Shown here one piece after another: positions 32,131 to 42,525 of a stretch of 64,000 nucleotides of DNA. The first letter of the stretch is position 1. Each line of letters opens with the position of its first letter. The DNA lies in the IMG/VR virus record IMGVR_UViG_3300042922_000542, positions 62,001-126,000 of that record, one strand, 5' to 3'. The position numbers and the translations under genes are program-made. Under the pieces are notes generated by a model. It did not search any database, had not been told where the DNA came from, and worked only from the letters and a program-made list of their open reading frames with translations.

Positions 32131-34476
32131 ATGAATTACAGTGAAAAATTTATTGAAAAAAATATAGCTGAGCTATCACGCGAATACGACAAAATATGCG
32201 GCGCAAATAAGAACTTGGCGCGTGTTGTCCCAACATATATAGATAGCTGTAAGCCTGTTGCAAGACGTCTTTTGTATATAATGTATCTGAAAGATCAAGG
32301 CAAAACCTTTAGAAAGGTTGCAACGATAACTGGTGATGTAATTGGACGTATACATCATCATGGGCCATCTTCAGTATATTCATGCTTAGTGAACTTGGCT
32401 CAATGGTGGAATAATAATATCCCACTAATAACCGGGGATGGTAACTTCGGAACCGTATCTGGTGATGAGGCTGGGGCTGATAGATACATATATGCAAAGC
32501 TGTCTAATTTTGCATTTGATTGTTTCTTTGCAGATTGGAGAGAATCCGCGGTAGATATGGTTTTGGGTGCTGATGAAGAAACTTATGAACCATTATATTT
32601 GCCAGCAAAATATCCGATTATTTTGTTAAATGGTACATTGGGAATAGGATATGGCCTTGGAGCTAATATACCACCATTCAACTTCAAAGATGTTGTAACT
32701 GCTACTATTAAGCTGATGAAAAATCCAGATGCTGACATATTATTGATCCCTGATTCACCAACTGGTTGTGATATTGTAGAAGGTAATTTTAAGAAAACAG
32801 TAGAAACTGGTAGTGGTGTATATACAATGCGATGTAAGTATGAAGTAGATGCAGCTAATAATATTATAACTATTCTTGCGTTACCTTATCAAACTACAGT
32901 TAATTCAGTTCGTGCTAGAATTGCGGATATCAAAGAAAATAATGGATTGCCAGAATTAATCAATATGCAAGACCACTCTGTATCATCTGTTGATTTAAGA
33001 TTGTATATTAGAGATGATGTCAATCCATATAAATTCATGCGAAAACTAATTTCAGAGGTTGCTGGATTGGAAAGAACGTATCCAGTCAATATCACCGTAA
33101 TCGATGACTTCAAATCATATGACTGGTCCATTAAGAAATTATTAATAGAATGGATTAAATATCGTCGTGAACAAAAGAGAATTATTATTAATCATAAACG
33201 TACTAATATATTGGCAGATCAACGAACAAATGACGTTAAAATATTCTTAATGAGTGAGCATAATTTAGATAGAACAATAGCACTATTTAGATCTAGCCGA
33301 AACAGAAAAGATATTGAACAGCGACTAATTGATGAATATAAGAATAGTGAGATCAGAATGGATAGTCTTCAAGCTAAGGCTTTATCTGACATGCGTCTGC
33401 ATGAATTAACAATTGAATCATACGAAAAGTGCGTTGAGTATCGAGGTGAATTGATAAAAGAGCTAGACTATGTTGAGAAAATATTAGATGAAGATGGTGG
33501 CATTGATAGATTGATAATAGATGAACTTAATGAAGGTGTAAAGAAATATGGTGTTGCGAGACGATCTAATGTTGTACCATATCAAATTACAGTTAATACC
33601 GACGTATCAGGTGAATGTATGTTGGAGTTATCATCCGACGGAATGATAATTAGGAGGACATCGACTAATGTTGATGAAGAGCCAGTACCTTCAGACATCA
33701 ATGGTTTTGCTGTGAAAGTTCATAATGATTCATCATTTATAGCAGTTGATACGAAAGGTGATTTCTCGTTTATATCTGTTAAAGAATTACCAGTAGATCA
33801 AGAGGTTCCCCTCCTAAGATATATTAAGAGACCATTAACAGACATCGTTGCATTATTACCATATGATATAGATTCTAATGCATGTTGTACATTAATATCC
33901 AAAAATGGTGTAATTAAGAAATTTAAAATATCAGAAATGAGACCATCCAAAAAGCCATGCATTGATATAACTAAAGATGATAAAATTGTGAGGGGTATAA
34001 TTACAAAGGATATCATAACACATAAAGATATATTGATATTTACTCAAAGGGGATATGGTCAGAGATTAGATCCTAATAATATTAAACTAACATCATTTGC
34101 AGCAAAGGGTATGAATGGATTTAATCTTGATAAAGATGATGAAATAGTTGGATGCTATGCAATAGACCCTAATAACAATTATCTATTATATGTAACTATG
34201 AAAGGTAAAGCCAGATTGAATCTTGCAGAATTCTTACCTGTTAGAGATAGTAAGAGAGATGCAATGGTTCGTTTAATAGCACTTAATGACAGGGACCATC
34301 TGCTATCTGTAATCGGATGTAATCGTAGCGATAAACTTCAGCTATTCTTCAATGATGGTACCGATGAGACTATCAATATTAAGAATATTAGTGAAGGTAC
34401 TATGTCATCACCACCTGAAAAAGTTGTATCTAAAAACATGGTATCAACTTCTGTGCTTAAAGTAAAATTATTATAA
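32131..34476 (+). CDS. gyrA: Type IIA topoisomerase A subunit (GyrA/ParC-like) with beta-pinwheel CTD
   Basis: DSCKPVARRLLY, HHHGPSSVY, GNFG, GADRY (catalytic Tyr), PAKYPIILLNG; repeated CTD blades (e.g. GYGQRL...KGMNGFNL). Confidence 0.92.
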   Translation: MNYSEKFIEKNIAELSREYDKICGANKNLARVVPTYIDSCKPVARRLLYIMYLKDQGKTFRKVATITGDVIGRIHHHGPSSVYSCLVNLAQWWNNNIPLITGDGNFGTVSGDEAGADRYIYAKLSNFAFDCFFADWRESAVDMVLGADEETYEPLYLPAKYPIILLNGTLGIGYGLGANIPPFNFKDVVTATIKLMKNPDADILLIPDSPTGCDIVEGNFKKTVETGSGVYTMRCKYEVDAANNIITILALPYQTTVNSVRARIADIKENNGLPELINMQDHSVSSVDLRLYIRDDVNPYKFMRKLISEVAGLERTYPVNITVIDDFKSYDWSIKKLLIEWIKYRREQKRIIINHKRTNILADQRTNDVKIFLMSEHNLDRTIALFRSSRNRKDIEQRLIDEYKNSEIRMDSLQAKALSDMRLHELTIESYEKCVEYRGELIKELDYVEKILDEDGGIDRLIIDELNEGVKKYGVARRSNVVPYQITVNTDVSGECMLELSSDGMIIRRTSTNVDEEPVPSDINGFAVKVHNDSSFIAVDTKGDFSFISVKELPVDQEVPLLRYIKRPLTDIVALLPYDIDSNACCTLISKNGVIKKFKISEMRPSKKPCIDITKDDKIVRGIITKDIITHKDILIFTQRGYGQRLDPNNIKLTSFAAKGMNGFNLDKDDEIVGCYAIDPNNNYLLYVTMKGKARLNLAEFLPVRDSKRDAMVRLIALNDRDHLLSVIGCNRSDKLQLFFNDGTDETINIKNISEGTMSSPPEKVVSKNMVSTSVLKVKLL

Positions 34477-34538
34477 ATTTAATATGGGGAGAAATATTTC
34501 TCCCCATATTTATATTGCATTTAAATTGAAATAAATAT

Positions 34539-34549
34539 TTATATATTAT
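34539..34549 (+). promoter_or_regulatory. TTATATATTAT promoter-like motif
   Basis: Exact copy 49 nt before the ligase ATG. Confidence 0.6.
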
Positions 34550-34597
34550 TAAAGAGATACAGTTAAATATAATTTAAGAAAGGAGGAATAATAATTC

Positions 34598-36739
34598 ATG
34601 GCTAGTATAGAAAAGATTTTAGACGATCTTCAATTTAATATAATTGATGCTAATACCGCAGCTAAATATCTATCTGATAGTAAAAATAAGAAAATTGTGA
34701 ATTATTTTATTAATAGAGATAAAATAACAACCGAGCCCATTAGTGAATCTGAATTACCGCAACTGAATGCAATAGTACAGATAGCTCAAATCATTGAAAC
34801 CTCAGGTGGTATATCTCCACTATCCGATGATGATTACGATACATTACAAGAAATGCTTATTAATGAAGGCATCCCAAGATTAACAGGATCGGTTGAGATA
34901 AATGATAATAAAAAAGAGAGTCATAGTTATCAACAATTACGTGGAACCCTTGATAAGGTATATTATCTTAGAGATAGTGAGAAACGTACAAATCGCAGTA
35001 GAAAATATTTATCCGAATGGATTAAACGAATATCATCTAAGTATGAAAAAGCAACGGGTAAAAAAATTAATCTGAATGAGTGTAAGGTTATAGTTACCCC
35101 AAAATTTGATGGGGCATCAGCAATTGTTGAAATATCTGAGGATAATAAATTCTTATGGTTATCTAGGGGGGATACAAAAAATAATAGGGCATCAAATGTA
35201 TCTCACATATTATCTAGATTTAATGATTTATATGTTGACACTCCAAATCATGGTATAAAATTTGAAGTAATGATCAGTGAAGAGAATAAAGATTATATTA
35301 ATCAAGTATACCGTGACAAATATTACAGAAATTCGCGTCAAATAGTTACGGCTATATTAAATTCTAATGATCCGGATTTTAAAGCTGAGTATCTATATCC
35401 AGTTCCATTAAGGATTATAAAACAAGGCGACAAAATTGAAACAATACATCCCGATCTAATTAAGAAGTTTCCATCATTAGCATGTTCGCTTTCTGATATT
35501 GATAGAATATATGAATTTGCAATGTCCCATAGATATATAGAATTAAATAAAATGCGATTTAGAACGGATGGTGCGGTTATAACATTAACAGATCCAATAC
35601 TTCAAGAGATATTGGGCAGAGATGATGATATCAATAATTTCGAAGTTGCATATAAATTTACAGAAGAGAGTGCGTATACAAAGGTAGTGGGAGTCGAGTT
35701 CTATACATCTGTATTCGGATTCATTACTCCAGTATTAGTTGTTGAAAGCGTAATCCTCAAAGGGAATACAATAGACCATATAAGTTTATCAAATAAAGAA
35801 CGATTTGATGAATTAGATCTTCATTACGGTGATATGGTTAAAGTATTATACGATATAATACCATATGTGACTATAGACGATCAGTGTATTAGAAGCAGAG
35901 GTAAACGTATTGAATTTATTGAGAATTGTCCTAGATGTGGGAGTGCTTTAGATTTAAATGTTGTACAGGTTCAATGTAGTAATAAGGAATGTCCATCAAA
36001 AGTTATAGGTCGTATTTTGAATTATTGTGACAATTTGAGAATTCGCAATATCGGTTCTCAAACAATTGAAGCGTTATACAATAATGGCTTTCTAGATAAT
36101 GGGATTCGTAGTTTATATAAACTTAAGAAACATAATTTAGATATAGAAGAGCTTGATGGATTCGGTAGATTAAAAACCCGTAAGATTATTGCTGAAATCG
36201 AATCTAAACGCAAATTACGCGATTATGAATTTTTCGGTGCAATCGGAATTGAATCATTATCAACTAAAACCTTTAAAAGTATATTCTCTAATATTAAATA
36301 TTCTAAATTTGATCAAATGATCTTTACTAAAGAATTTGATGAATTAGAGAATAGTTTAAAACGAATTACCGGCATTGGTGATGCAAAAGCTAAAGTATTG
36401 GTTGATTATTTAAAGGACCCTGTAACTCGTAAAGAATTACCTAAACTATTAAAGGAAATTATAATTCAAGAGACTTATGGTAATAATAATTCCAGTAAAG
36501 GTAAAATCGTATTTTCTGGAATTAGACCAGATGAAACCAATGAACTATTGATAACCAATAAAGGCTGGGAGGTATCAGATGCATGGAATAATAAAGCTAG
36601 TTATCTAGTGATCCCTCATGCAGGATATGAATCAACTAAAGTTGAAAAAGCTAAATCAGCAGGTGTTCCAATCATTCCAATTGGTGATGGTAACAGTCTC
36701 ATGAAGATATTGGAGAAAAATATACCTAATTTAAAATAA
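34598..36739 (+). CDS. ligA: NAD-dependent DNA ligase
   Basis: Domain Ia LSDDDYD, adenylation TPKFDG, LSRGD, RTDGAV, AYKF, Zn finger CPRC...C...C, HhH motifs, C-terminal BRCT (GKIVFSG). Confidence 0.92.
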   Translation: MASIEKILDDLQFNIIDANTAAKYLSDSKNKKIVNYFINRDKITTEPISESELPQLNAIVQIAQIIETSGGISPLSDDDYDTLQEMLINEGIPRLTGSVEINDNKKESHSYQQLRGTLDKVYYLRDSEKRTNRSRKYLSEWIKRISSKYEKATGKKINLNECKVIVTPKFDGASAIVEISEDNKFLWLSRGDTKNNRASNVSHILSRFNDLYVDTPNHGIKFEVMISEENKDYINQVYRDKYYRNSRQIVTAILNSNDPDFKAEYLYPVPLRIIKQGDKIETIHPDLIKKFPSLACSLSDIDRIYEFAMSHRYIELNKMRFRTDGAVITLTDPILQEILGRDDDINNFEVAYKFTEESAYTKVVGVEFYTSVFGFITPVLVVESVILKGNTIDHISLSNKERFDELDLHYGDMVKVLYDIIPYVTIDDQCIRSRGKRIEFIENCPRCGSALDLNVVQVQCSNKECPSKVIGRILNYCDNLRIRNIGSQTIEALYNNGFLDNGIRSLYKLKKHNLDIEELDGFGRLKTRKIIAEIESKRKLRDYEFFGAIGIESLSTKTFKSIFSNIKYSKFDQMIFTKEFDELENSLKRITGIGDAKAKVLVDYLKDPVTRKELPKLLKEIIIQETYGNNNSSKGKIVFSGIRPDETNELLITNKGWEVSDAWNNKASYLVIPHAGYESTKVEKAKSAGVPIIPIGDGNSLMKILEKNIPNLK

Positions 36740-36769
36740 AATAAAAAAATATTAGGAGGGTTATAAAAT

Positions 36770-37135
36770 ATGAAGCCGATACTACATTTTCAAATACCAG
36801 AATATATGATGGGATCATCACATGTTATGTCAATGAAAACATTTATGGCTGCGATAAAAAAGAGATTCTCAAATGATTATGAGCTCATAATTTCACCATG
36901 GATTCTTCAAGGTAATGGAGCCATAAATATTGTAATTACACCAGAGACCGACATAGATGAATTCATGAAGAAACTTGAATCTCTCTCGCAAATTAAAAAT
37001 ACTGAAAATTCAGATGCATTGTATCACGTGGGAATTGATTATGCATCAACCGAGCACCAACCATCCCAATCATATATAGTAAGTAAAGATGCCAGAAAAG
37101 CATATATTCTAGAAAAACAGGAGACTGCAAAATGA
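36770..37135 (+). CDS. Hypothetical protein
   Basis: SD AGGAGGG; ATGA overlap with the Hint-like gene. Confidence 0.75.
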   Translation: MKPILHFQIPEYMMGSSHVMSMKTFMAAIKKRFSNDYELIISPWILQGNGAINIVITPETDIDEFMKKLESLSQIKNTENSDALYHVGIDYASTEHQPSQSYIVSKDARKAYILEKQETAK

Positions 37136-37677
37136 TACATCAAGATTCAGTTGTACAGTGGATGGATTTAGATACAAAAGAAGTCCATGAGAAAAAAATA
37201 TTTGATATGTTCGGTCAATACATATCAAGATCAATACAACAAGATGATGGGATACTGGAGGTATCTTTTAACTCAAGTAATACTAAAATCGTTGATTGGA
37301 AAGGCTGGAGTGATGTAAAAACATTACAGAGACAAGCCAATATCACAGAATGGATTAAGTTAACAACCGTCCATGGTAAAAGTATAATGGCAACGCCTGA
37401 TACATTAATCATGATATATAACCCTGATAAAATCCGTAAGGGGTTTCATGGGGAAAGTAAATATGAATACAAGATTATACCATTTAAAGAAATTGAAACA
37501 GGTGATATCGTAAGAGTTCGCCATGTTCAAAATGATGATGGGTATGATGTAGATTTCAATGTAATCTCTGATATTGAATTACTAACAACCAGCCCATCAA
37601 TAGGATACCGAGTATTCACTAAATCCGGATTTTTCAATGGTGCCGATTTCTACCTATTCGGAAAAATGGAGTATTAA
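37132..37677 (+). CDS. Stand-alone Hint (intein-like) domain lacking splicing residues
   Basis: MIHQDSVV (block A-like), IKLTTVHGKSIMATPDT (block B, His replaced), KEIETGDIV, GYRVFTKSGFFNG (block F-like). No C-terminal HN. Confidence 0.6.
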   Translation: MIHQDSVVQWMDLDTKEVHEKKIFDMFGQYISRSIQQDDGILEVSFNSSNTKIVDWKGWSDVKTLQRQANITEWIKLTTVHGKSIMATPDTLIMIYNPDKIRKGFHGESKYEYKIIPFKEIETGDIVRVRHVQNDDGYDVDFNVISDIELLTTSPSIGYRVFTKSGFFNGADFYLFGKMEY

Positions 37678-37690
37678 TTAATATTCCATC

Positions 37691-37749
37691 GGATAATATA
37701 AATAGAATCTAACTTCCACACCCCCGACTAGTTTCTATTTATATTATCC
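37691..37749. repeat. 17-bp perfect inverted repeat with C-rich loop
   Basis: GGATAATATAAATAGAA...TTCTATTTATATTATCC around the loop TCTAACTTCCACACCCCCGACTAGT. Confidence 0.85.
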
Positions 37750-37869
37750 ATATAAATACATATTTTCAATTTTAATGATATATTATACACATATATGAAT
37801 TAATAATATATTTATGGATTACATGAATATTAACAAAAATCATACATAAACATTAGGAGGTTTCACATT

Positions 37870-38898
37870 ATGTCTAAATCGGAAAAAAAGAAAAAGAAGA
37901 AGATAAAAATTCCGAAGACCGTTCTTCAATTAGAATGGAGTCCTAAAAAGTTTGCGAAAAAACATAATATTAGAGTAAGCGAAAAAGGCATGAATAAGAA
38001 AGAAAAGAAACATGCTAAAAAACGTCTTAACCGCGAATATGGTGATTTCGCAATTGCAAATCTTAATAAGGCTGTAAAAATACTATCTGAAAATCAGATG
38101 GAAGATAATAAGAAAATTGATAAGGTGAAAAATGCAGTTGAATCCATAGTTTCTAATTCTGAAGTTATGAAAACTATTGCTAAACGTTATACAAAAGAAC
38201 GTGACCAATTCCCTAATCTGATCTATCTACCATATATGATAACAAATACAATTCTATACTATAGTCGTGAAGATTTGACTGTAGAAGAAAAAGCAATCGC
38301 AGATAGTTTAAACAAAGAAGAGTTAATCGAATTCTGCGAAACTATACTAAAGAAACAAATCAAAGTTTATCGCAATAATGATTTAAGTAATGAAATTGCA
38401 TTTCAGATTGCAACAGTGATACCTACTGCAAAAAGATTGAAAGGTAATAATCAATGGTATAAACGTTTAATACAAACGCTGTATACAATAGCTGAATATG
38501 ATGATGTTGACGTAGAGCAGGTGTTTAATGCAATTTTAAAGATCGACAAAAAGAAAGTAATTAATAAGAAAGAGTTCTATGAAAATTTCTTCAGTGAATT
38601 TATTATGACCAAGGCATCAAATAAAGTTCACAGCTTTAATGATAAACAAAAGGAATTGCATGAAACATTGTTAGAACAGACAGCTGTATACTTAAACAGC
38701 AGAAAACCTAAACAACTTAAAGAAATATTAAAGAGATATATTAAGCGTAGAAAGACTGCAGAGTCTTATAAAAATGATAACAAGCGCGTTATTAAATTTA
38801 TCGATTTTGCAAATTCCAACTCTGAATATACCAATTTAAAAGCTGTAATCCAAGAGCTGATCGAGGATAATTCTACTAATGAACTTTACTTAGGTTAA
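37870..38898 (+). CDS. Hypothetical helical protein with Lys-rich N-terminus
   Basis: SD AGGAGGT; 342 aa. Confidence 0.8.
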   Translation: MSKSEKKKKKKIKIPKTVLQLEWSPKKFAKKHNIRVSEKGMNKKEKKHAKKRLNREYGDFAIANLNKAVKILSENQMEDNKKIDKVKNAVESIVSNSEVMKTIAKRYTKERDQFPNLIYLPYMITNTILYYSREDLTVEEKAIADSLNKEELIEFCETILKKQIKVYRNNDLSNEIAFQIATVIPTAKRLKGNNQWYKRLIQTLYTIAEYDDVDVEQVFNAILKIDKKKVINKKEFYENFFSEFIMTKASNKVHSFNDKQKELHETLLEQTAVYLNSRKPKQLKEILKRYIKRRKTAESYKNDNKRVIKFIDFANSNSEYTNLKAVIQELIEDNSTNELYLG

Positions 38899-38927
38899 TA
38901 AAAAATTAATGGAGGCGCAGAATAATT

Positions 38928-39443
38928 ATGTCAAAGAAGAAGAGTAAAAGAATAGAAAAAGAAACGAGAAAAATTATTGAATCAATATCAGATCTCGTGA
39001 AATATAAAAATGACGGTTACAAGTTTAAAGCAGGTAAGAAGAAGCAGATTCGTGAAATTAAGAAAACATGTGCTCACTGGGTAATTAGAAAAGGTAAAGA
39101 GGTTCCAACTGTATCAGTTGATCCAGAAAATCCGAATAATTGGAAATGCCGTATTTGTGGAAAATCATTCCCAATCAAACCATTATCATATGAAGATTAT
39201 GAAGCAATCTGTAATCAATTTGAAGCAGCTGTTAATCAAGGATTCTTCTACAGTGTGAAGATGGGTGGAGCCGCTGAGGATACCAAAGTATTCTTATCAA
39301 TGAAGAAAATGGTACCAAGATTCAAGAAGATTATTAAGAATGAAATTAAGAATCTTAATAAGCGTCAGGAATATGAAGACCGTAAGGCGAACTCTGATAC
39401 AATGAGTCAGTTCGGCAATTACTCTTCATACTCATATAAATAA
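38928..39443 (+). CDS. Hypothetical protein, possible Zn finger
   Basis: SD GGAGGC; CAHW...KCRICG. Confidence 0.75.
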   Translation: MSKKKSKRIEKETRKIIESISDLVKYKNDGYKFKAGKKKQIREIKKTCAHWVIRKGKEVPTVSVDPENPNNWKCRICGKSFPIKPLSYEDYEAICNQFEAAVNQGFFYSVKMGGAAEDTKVFLSMKKMVPRFKKIIKNEIKNLNKRQEYEDRKANSDTMSQFGNYSSYSYK

Positions 39444-39508
39444 TAGCTGAAATAATAGGAAGGGTTCCCCCTTCCTATTAAATTTTTTATTATCAATAAT
39501 TTAGGAAG

Positions 39509-39745
39509 GTGTCATTATTTATGGATGAAGATAAAAGAGCATTATTAATTGCTGTGGTAAGTGGCAATTACCAGATATCAGAAGATGAATCAAAACTAGT
39601 ATCTGAATATTTATTTCAAACGCGAGGTATTATTCAAACTGATTTAAATTATGGAAATAATAGGGCTATTTATGAAAAAGGATTAGAATTAAAAGATAAA
39701 ATGGATTCCGAGTTCAACACTACTTGTAATCAATTAAATATATAA
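39509..39745 (+). CDS. Hypothetical protein
   Basis: 78 aa from GTG; an ATG at 39521 after AGGAAGGT is the more likely start. Confidence 0.6.
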   Translation: MSLFMDEDKRALLIAVVSGNYQISEDESKLVSEYLFQTRGIIQTDLNYGNNRAIYEKGLELKDKMDSEFNTTCNQLNI

Positions 39746-39757
39746 AGGAGTCCTATT

Positions 39758-40255
39758 ATGATAGAAATACAAAAATCATTAACAGCTGATAGTAGAACAG
39801 CTGGTCATATTGTAAGTAAGCAAGAACTTAAATTGGGAACAGAGCAACATATATCGGATGTTCAAAAAGCACTATCTTGGTTTTCACATCAATTGGAGGA
39901 AGCTGGCGAAAAGCATGATTGGAGTAAAATCGAATACATTGATGAGTTTCATCATGATTTTGCAGAAAGTCAAAAAAATAAGGATTATAAATTCAAAGAT
40001 GGAACATGGTTTCAAAAACATATTCAGGAGCGCCATCATTTAAATGATAGATGCCCCGATGATGTTAATCTCATTGATGTACTTGAACGTATATCTGACA
40101 TTTGTATGGCTGGAATGGGTCGTAGCGGTGTTGTTTATGACGATACATTAAGTAGTGAGATATTACAGAAGGCATTCAAAAATACTGTTGAAATGCTTAA
40201 GAAGGAAATTGTTGTCATTGATGAAGATAAAGATATTCTAGATGAGGAGATATAA
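39758..40255 (+). CDS. HD-domain-like protein (DUF5662-like phosphohydrolase)
   Basis: KHDWSK...RHH...ERISD metal-binding pattern; SD AAGGAG. Confidence 0.55.
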   Translation: MIEIQKSLTADSRTAGHIVSKQELKLGTEQHISDVQKALSWFSHQLEEAGEKHDWSKIEYIDEFHHDFAESQKNKDYKFKDGTWFQKHIQERHHLNDRCPDDVNLIDVLERISDICMAGMGRSGVVYDDTLSSEILQKAFKNTVEMLKKEIVVIDEDKDILDEEI

Positions 40256-40259
40256 AATT

Positions 40260-40517
40260 ATGCCAGAAATGACATTAAGTGGATTATTAAGAATGGGAAA
40301 TTCCGAATTTGCAATAAACGATGCAAATTGGATGATCATAGTGATTGACGGTGTAGGTGTTGCTCCTGAAATTATTATAAACCGTAAAGAAAATTTTAAT
40401 ACTAAATTGGATTATTATTCAAAGGCGTATAATGAAGATTTAACATTAAAAGCAAATCCGAACATTAAAATTATCGATTATGACTTTTTAGAACGGGTTG
40501 AAACATATTTCATGTAA
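40260..40517 (+). CDS. Hypothetical phage protein
   Basis: SD GAGGAG before ATG 40260 (the track starts at 40242). Confidence 0.7.
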   Translation: MPEMTLSGLLRMGNSEFAINDANWMIIVIDGVGVAPEIIINRKENFNTKLDYYSKAYNEDLTLKANPNIKIIDYDFLERVETYFM

Positions 40518-40536
40518 TTATCACAAGGAGGATCAC

Positions 40537-40725
40537 ATGTCATTATCGATAATAGTGATAACCACAATTCCAATAATTATAATTGCTAGTGCTATCATGG
40601 CATGGATTCAACCAAAATTTGAGGAATTGAATATGAAAGGAATTATTTTGAGTTCGATTTTTAGTATATTAATAAATACATGGATTCTACTTTTAAGATG
40701 TTATATCGGACCAATGGCATTTTAA
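40537..40725 (+). CDS. Small two-helix membrane protein
   Basis: SD AAGGAGG before ATG 40537; two hydrophobic stretches. Confidence 0.6.
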   Translation: MSLSIIVITTIPIIIIASAIMAWIQPKFEELNMKGIILSSIFSILINTWILLLRCYIGPMAF

Positions 40726-40884
40726 AAAATGAAGGAGGTGAATTAGATATATCTAAACAATTTGGTGTGAAATTTGTAATATTTGGCATTTTGTGGATTC
40801 TAATAAATATGATTCCTATTTTGGGTAGATTGCTATAAACTCCGCAATAATATAAATAAATTAAAGAATAAGGAAGGTATTAAC

Positions 40885-41586
40885 ATGCCATATATGAAAG
40901 ATAGAAATGATGATGAAATTTATATTCCAAGTGCATATGCCAAAGAGGAATTACCAACATGGAATGAGTTTTACAATGAGTTTTATAAACCGCAAGTATT
41001 GACATTTAATCCAACTGATGATAAACAATGTGAATCTGATTTGTATTGGAAATTACCACATCGTAAATTACTACTAGGCTGGGTATGTAATCAATTGAAT
41101 AAAATGTTATTTGAAGATAATATGAAAGAAAATGTATTAGCATTCATTAATAATAAATATTATGAAATATTTGGTGATATTATTAATGATATTCATTTTA
41201 TATTAAAAGATGCAACCGATGATTCATCAACATTGGAAGATATGTTATCATATAACAAATTACCCATAATATATACATGTGAACTTCCAACTACTGGAAA
41301 AAGAAGTATATTTGCATCAGAGATGTCATCTAAAAATATTAAAAATATGCATGGTGTTATCTCATTACAAATGGTGCTCAAATCAGGAAATAACACATTC
41401 ACTATACTCCCATCAATTAATAATAAGGATGTATTTTGGGATATTGTTCGTGATTTAATTATAAGTGTAATAGCATATTTTAGTGATCTAGTTGGGTGGA
41501 AAGATGCTCATGGAAATTTGATTGACAGTGAATATGATATTAGGCCTGGATGTGGATATCAAGCAGGATTCGATGCAGCTATATAA
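40885..41586 (+). CDS. Hypothetical protein
   Basis: SD AAGGAAGG; 233 aa. Confidence 0.75.
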   Translation: MPYMKDRNDDEIYIPSAYAKEELPTWNEFYNEFYKPQVLTFNPTDDKQCESDLYWKLPHRKLLLGWVCNQLNKMLFEDNMKENVLAFINNKYYEIFGDIINDIHFILKDATDDSSTLEDMLSYNKLPIIYTCELPTTGKRSIFASEMSSKNIKNMHGVISLQMVLKSGNNTFTILPSINNKDVFWDIVRDLIISVIAYFSDLVGWKDAHGNLIDSEYDIRPGCGYQAGFDAAI

Positions 41587-41632
41587 TAAAAAATATTAAT
41601 CATAAAATTTCAATAATGAAGGGAATTCAATC

Positions 41633-42142
41633 ATGGATATTATAATCAAAATAGAGGATAATCAAATCGCAGAATTAGTTAATAAAACATCAGAGGAAAT
41701 CGGGACTGAATACTTTGCTGAAGCAATGAAACAGGGATTCGCAAAGTATATTGACAAAGAATTAGAAGCTGCATTTGGGTGTATACATAAAACATATGTA
41801 TCCGATCGGGACCGAAACGCTGATAAAGATAATCAAATTGCTGAGTCATTTATAAGGAATTTATTTGTAAAGGCCAATAAAAATACATACAATCATACTA
41901 CTACATATGAACCGACTGAATATATGAATACGGTAATACGTAACATACCAATGCAAGAAACTCTAGATAAATATAGGGATGATCTCATAGCATCATTACA
42001 TGAGAATATTGATAAATATATAGCTATATTTATTCGTGATATGTTCATAGGTAATATCTTTGATAATCGAACATTCCGTACAGCATTAGCTACCGAAATG
42101 GATATGGCTATTATAAGGCATACTGATTACTCAAAAAAATAA
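41633..42142 (+). CDS. Hypothetical protein
   Basis: 169 aa; followed by the hairpin ATTATAGATGGCC...GGCCATCTATAAT. Confidence 0.7.
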   Translation: MDIIIKIEDNQIAELVNKTSEEIGTEYFAEAMKQGFAKYIDKELEAAFGCIHKTYVSDRDRNADKDNQIAESFIRNLFVKANKNTYNHTTTYEPTEYMNTVIRNIPMQETLDKYRDDLIASLHENIDKYIAIFIRDMFIGNIFDNRTFRTALATEMDMAIIRHTDYSKK

Positions 42143-42204
42143 TTAATGAAATAATTATAAATTATAGATGGCCGATTATGGCCATCTATAATTTTTTATA
42201 ATTA

Positions 42205-42489
42205 TTATTCCGCTGTGATAACATCACCATTTATTTTAACATCTGTACTTTTATTTGCATCACATATTTTTTTAATTGCAGAATCATCAGCTGTTATTTT
42301 AGCTGAATATGTATTTGGATTGTCGCAAACTGATGGGACAGTTTTTATATCTGATATTTTATCCGATTCACATTTGCATACATCGAACACCTTAGAGAAT
42401 CCTTCATATTTATTATGCATGAAGTCTGTCATTTCCGATTTGTCGTCCGGTAATACCTTACCAAGATATTCCGGTTTATATTTATTCAT
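42205..42489 (-). CDS. Hypothetical protein
   Basis: ATG at 42489 after GGTGAG (the track starts at 42507). Confidence 0.65.
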   Translation of the reverse strand: MNKYKPEYLGKVLPDDKSEMTDFMHNKYEGFSKVFDVCKCESDKISDIKTVPSVCDNPNTYSAKITADDSAIKKICDANKSTDVKINGDVITAE

Positions 42490-42525
42490 GATTATCTCAC
42501 CACACAATTCAATCGTTTTTTTATT

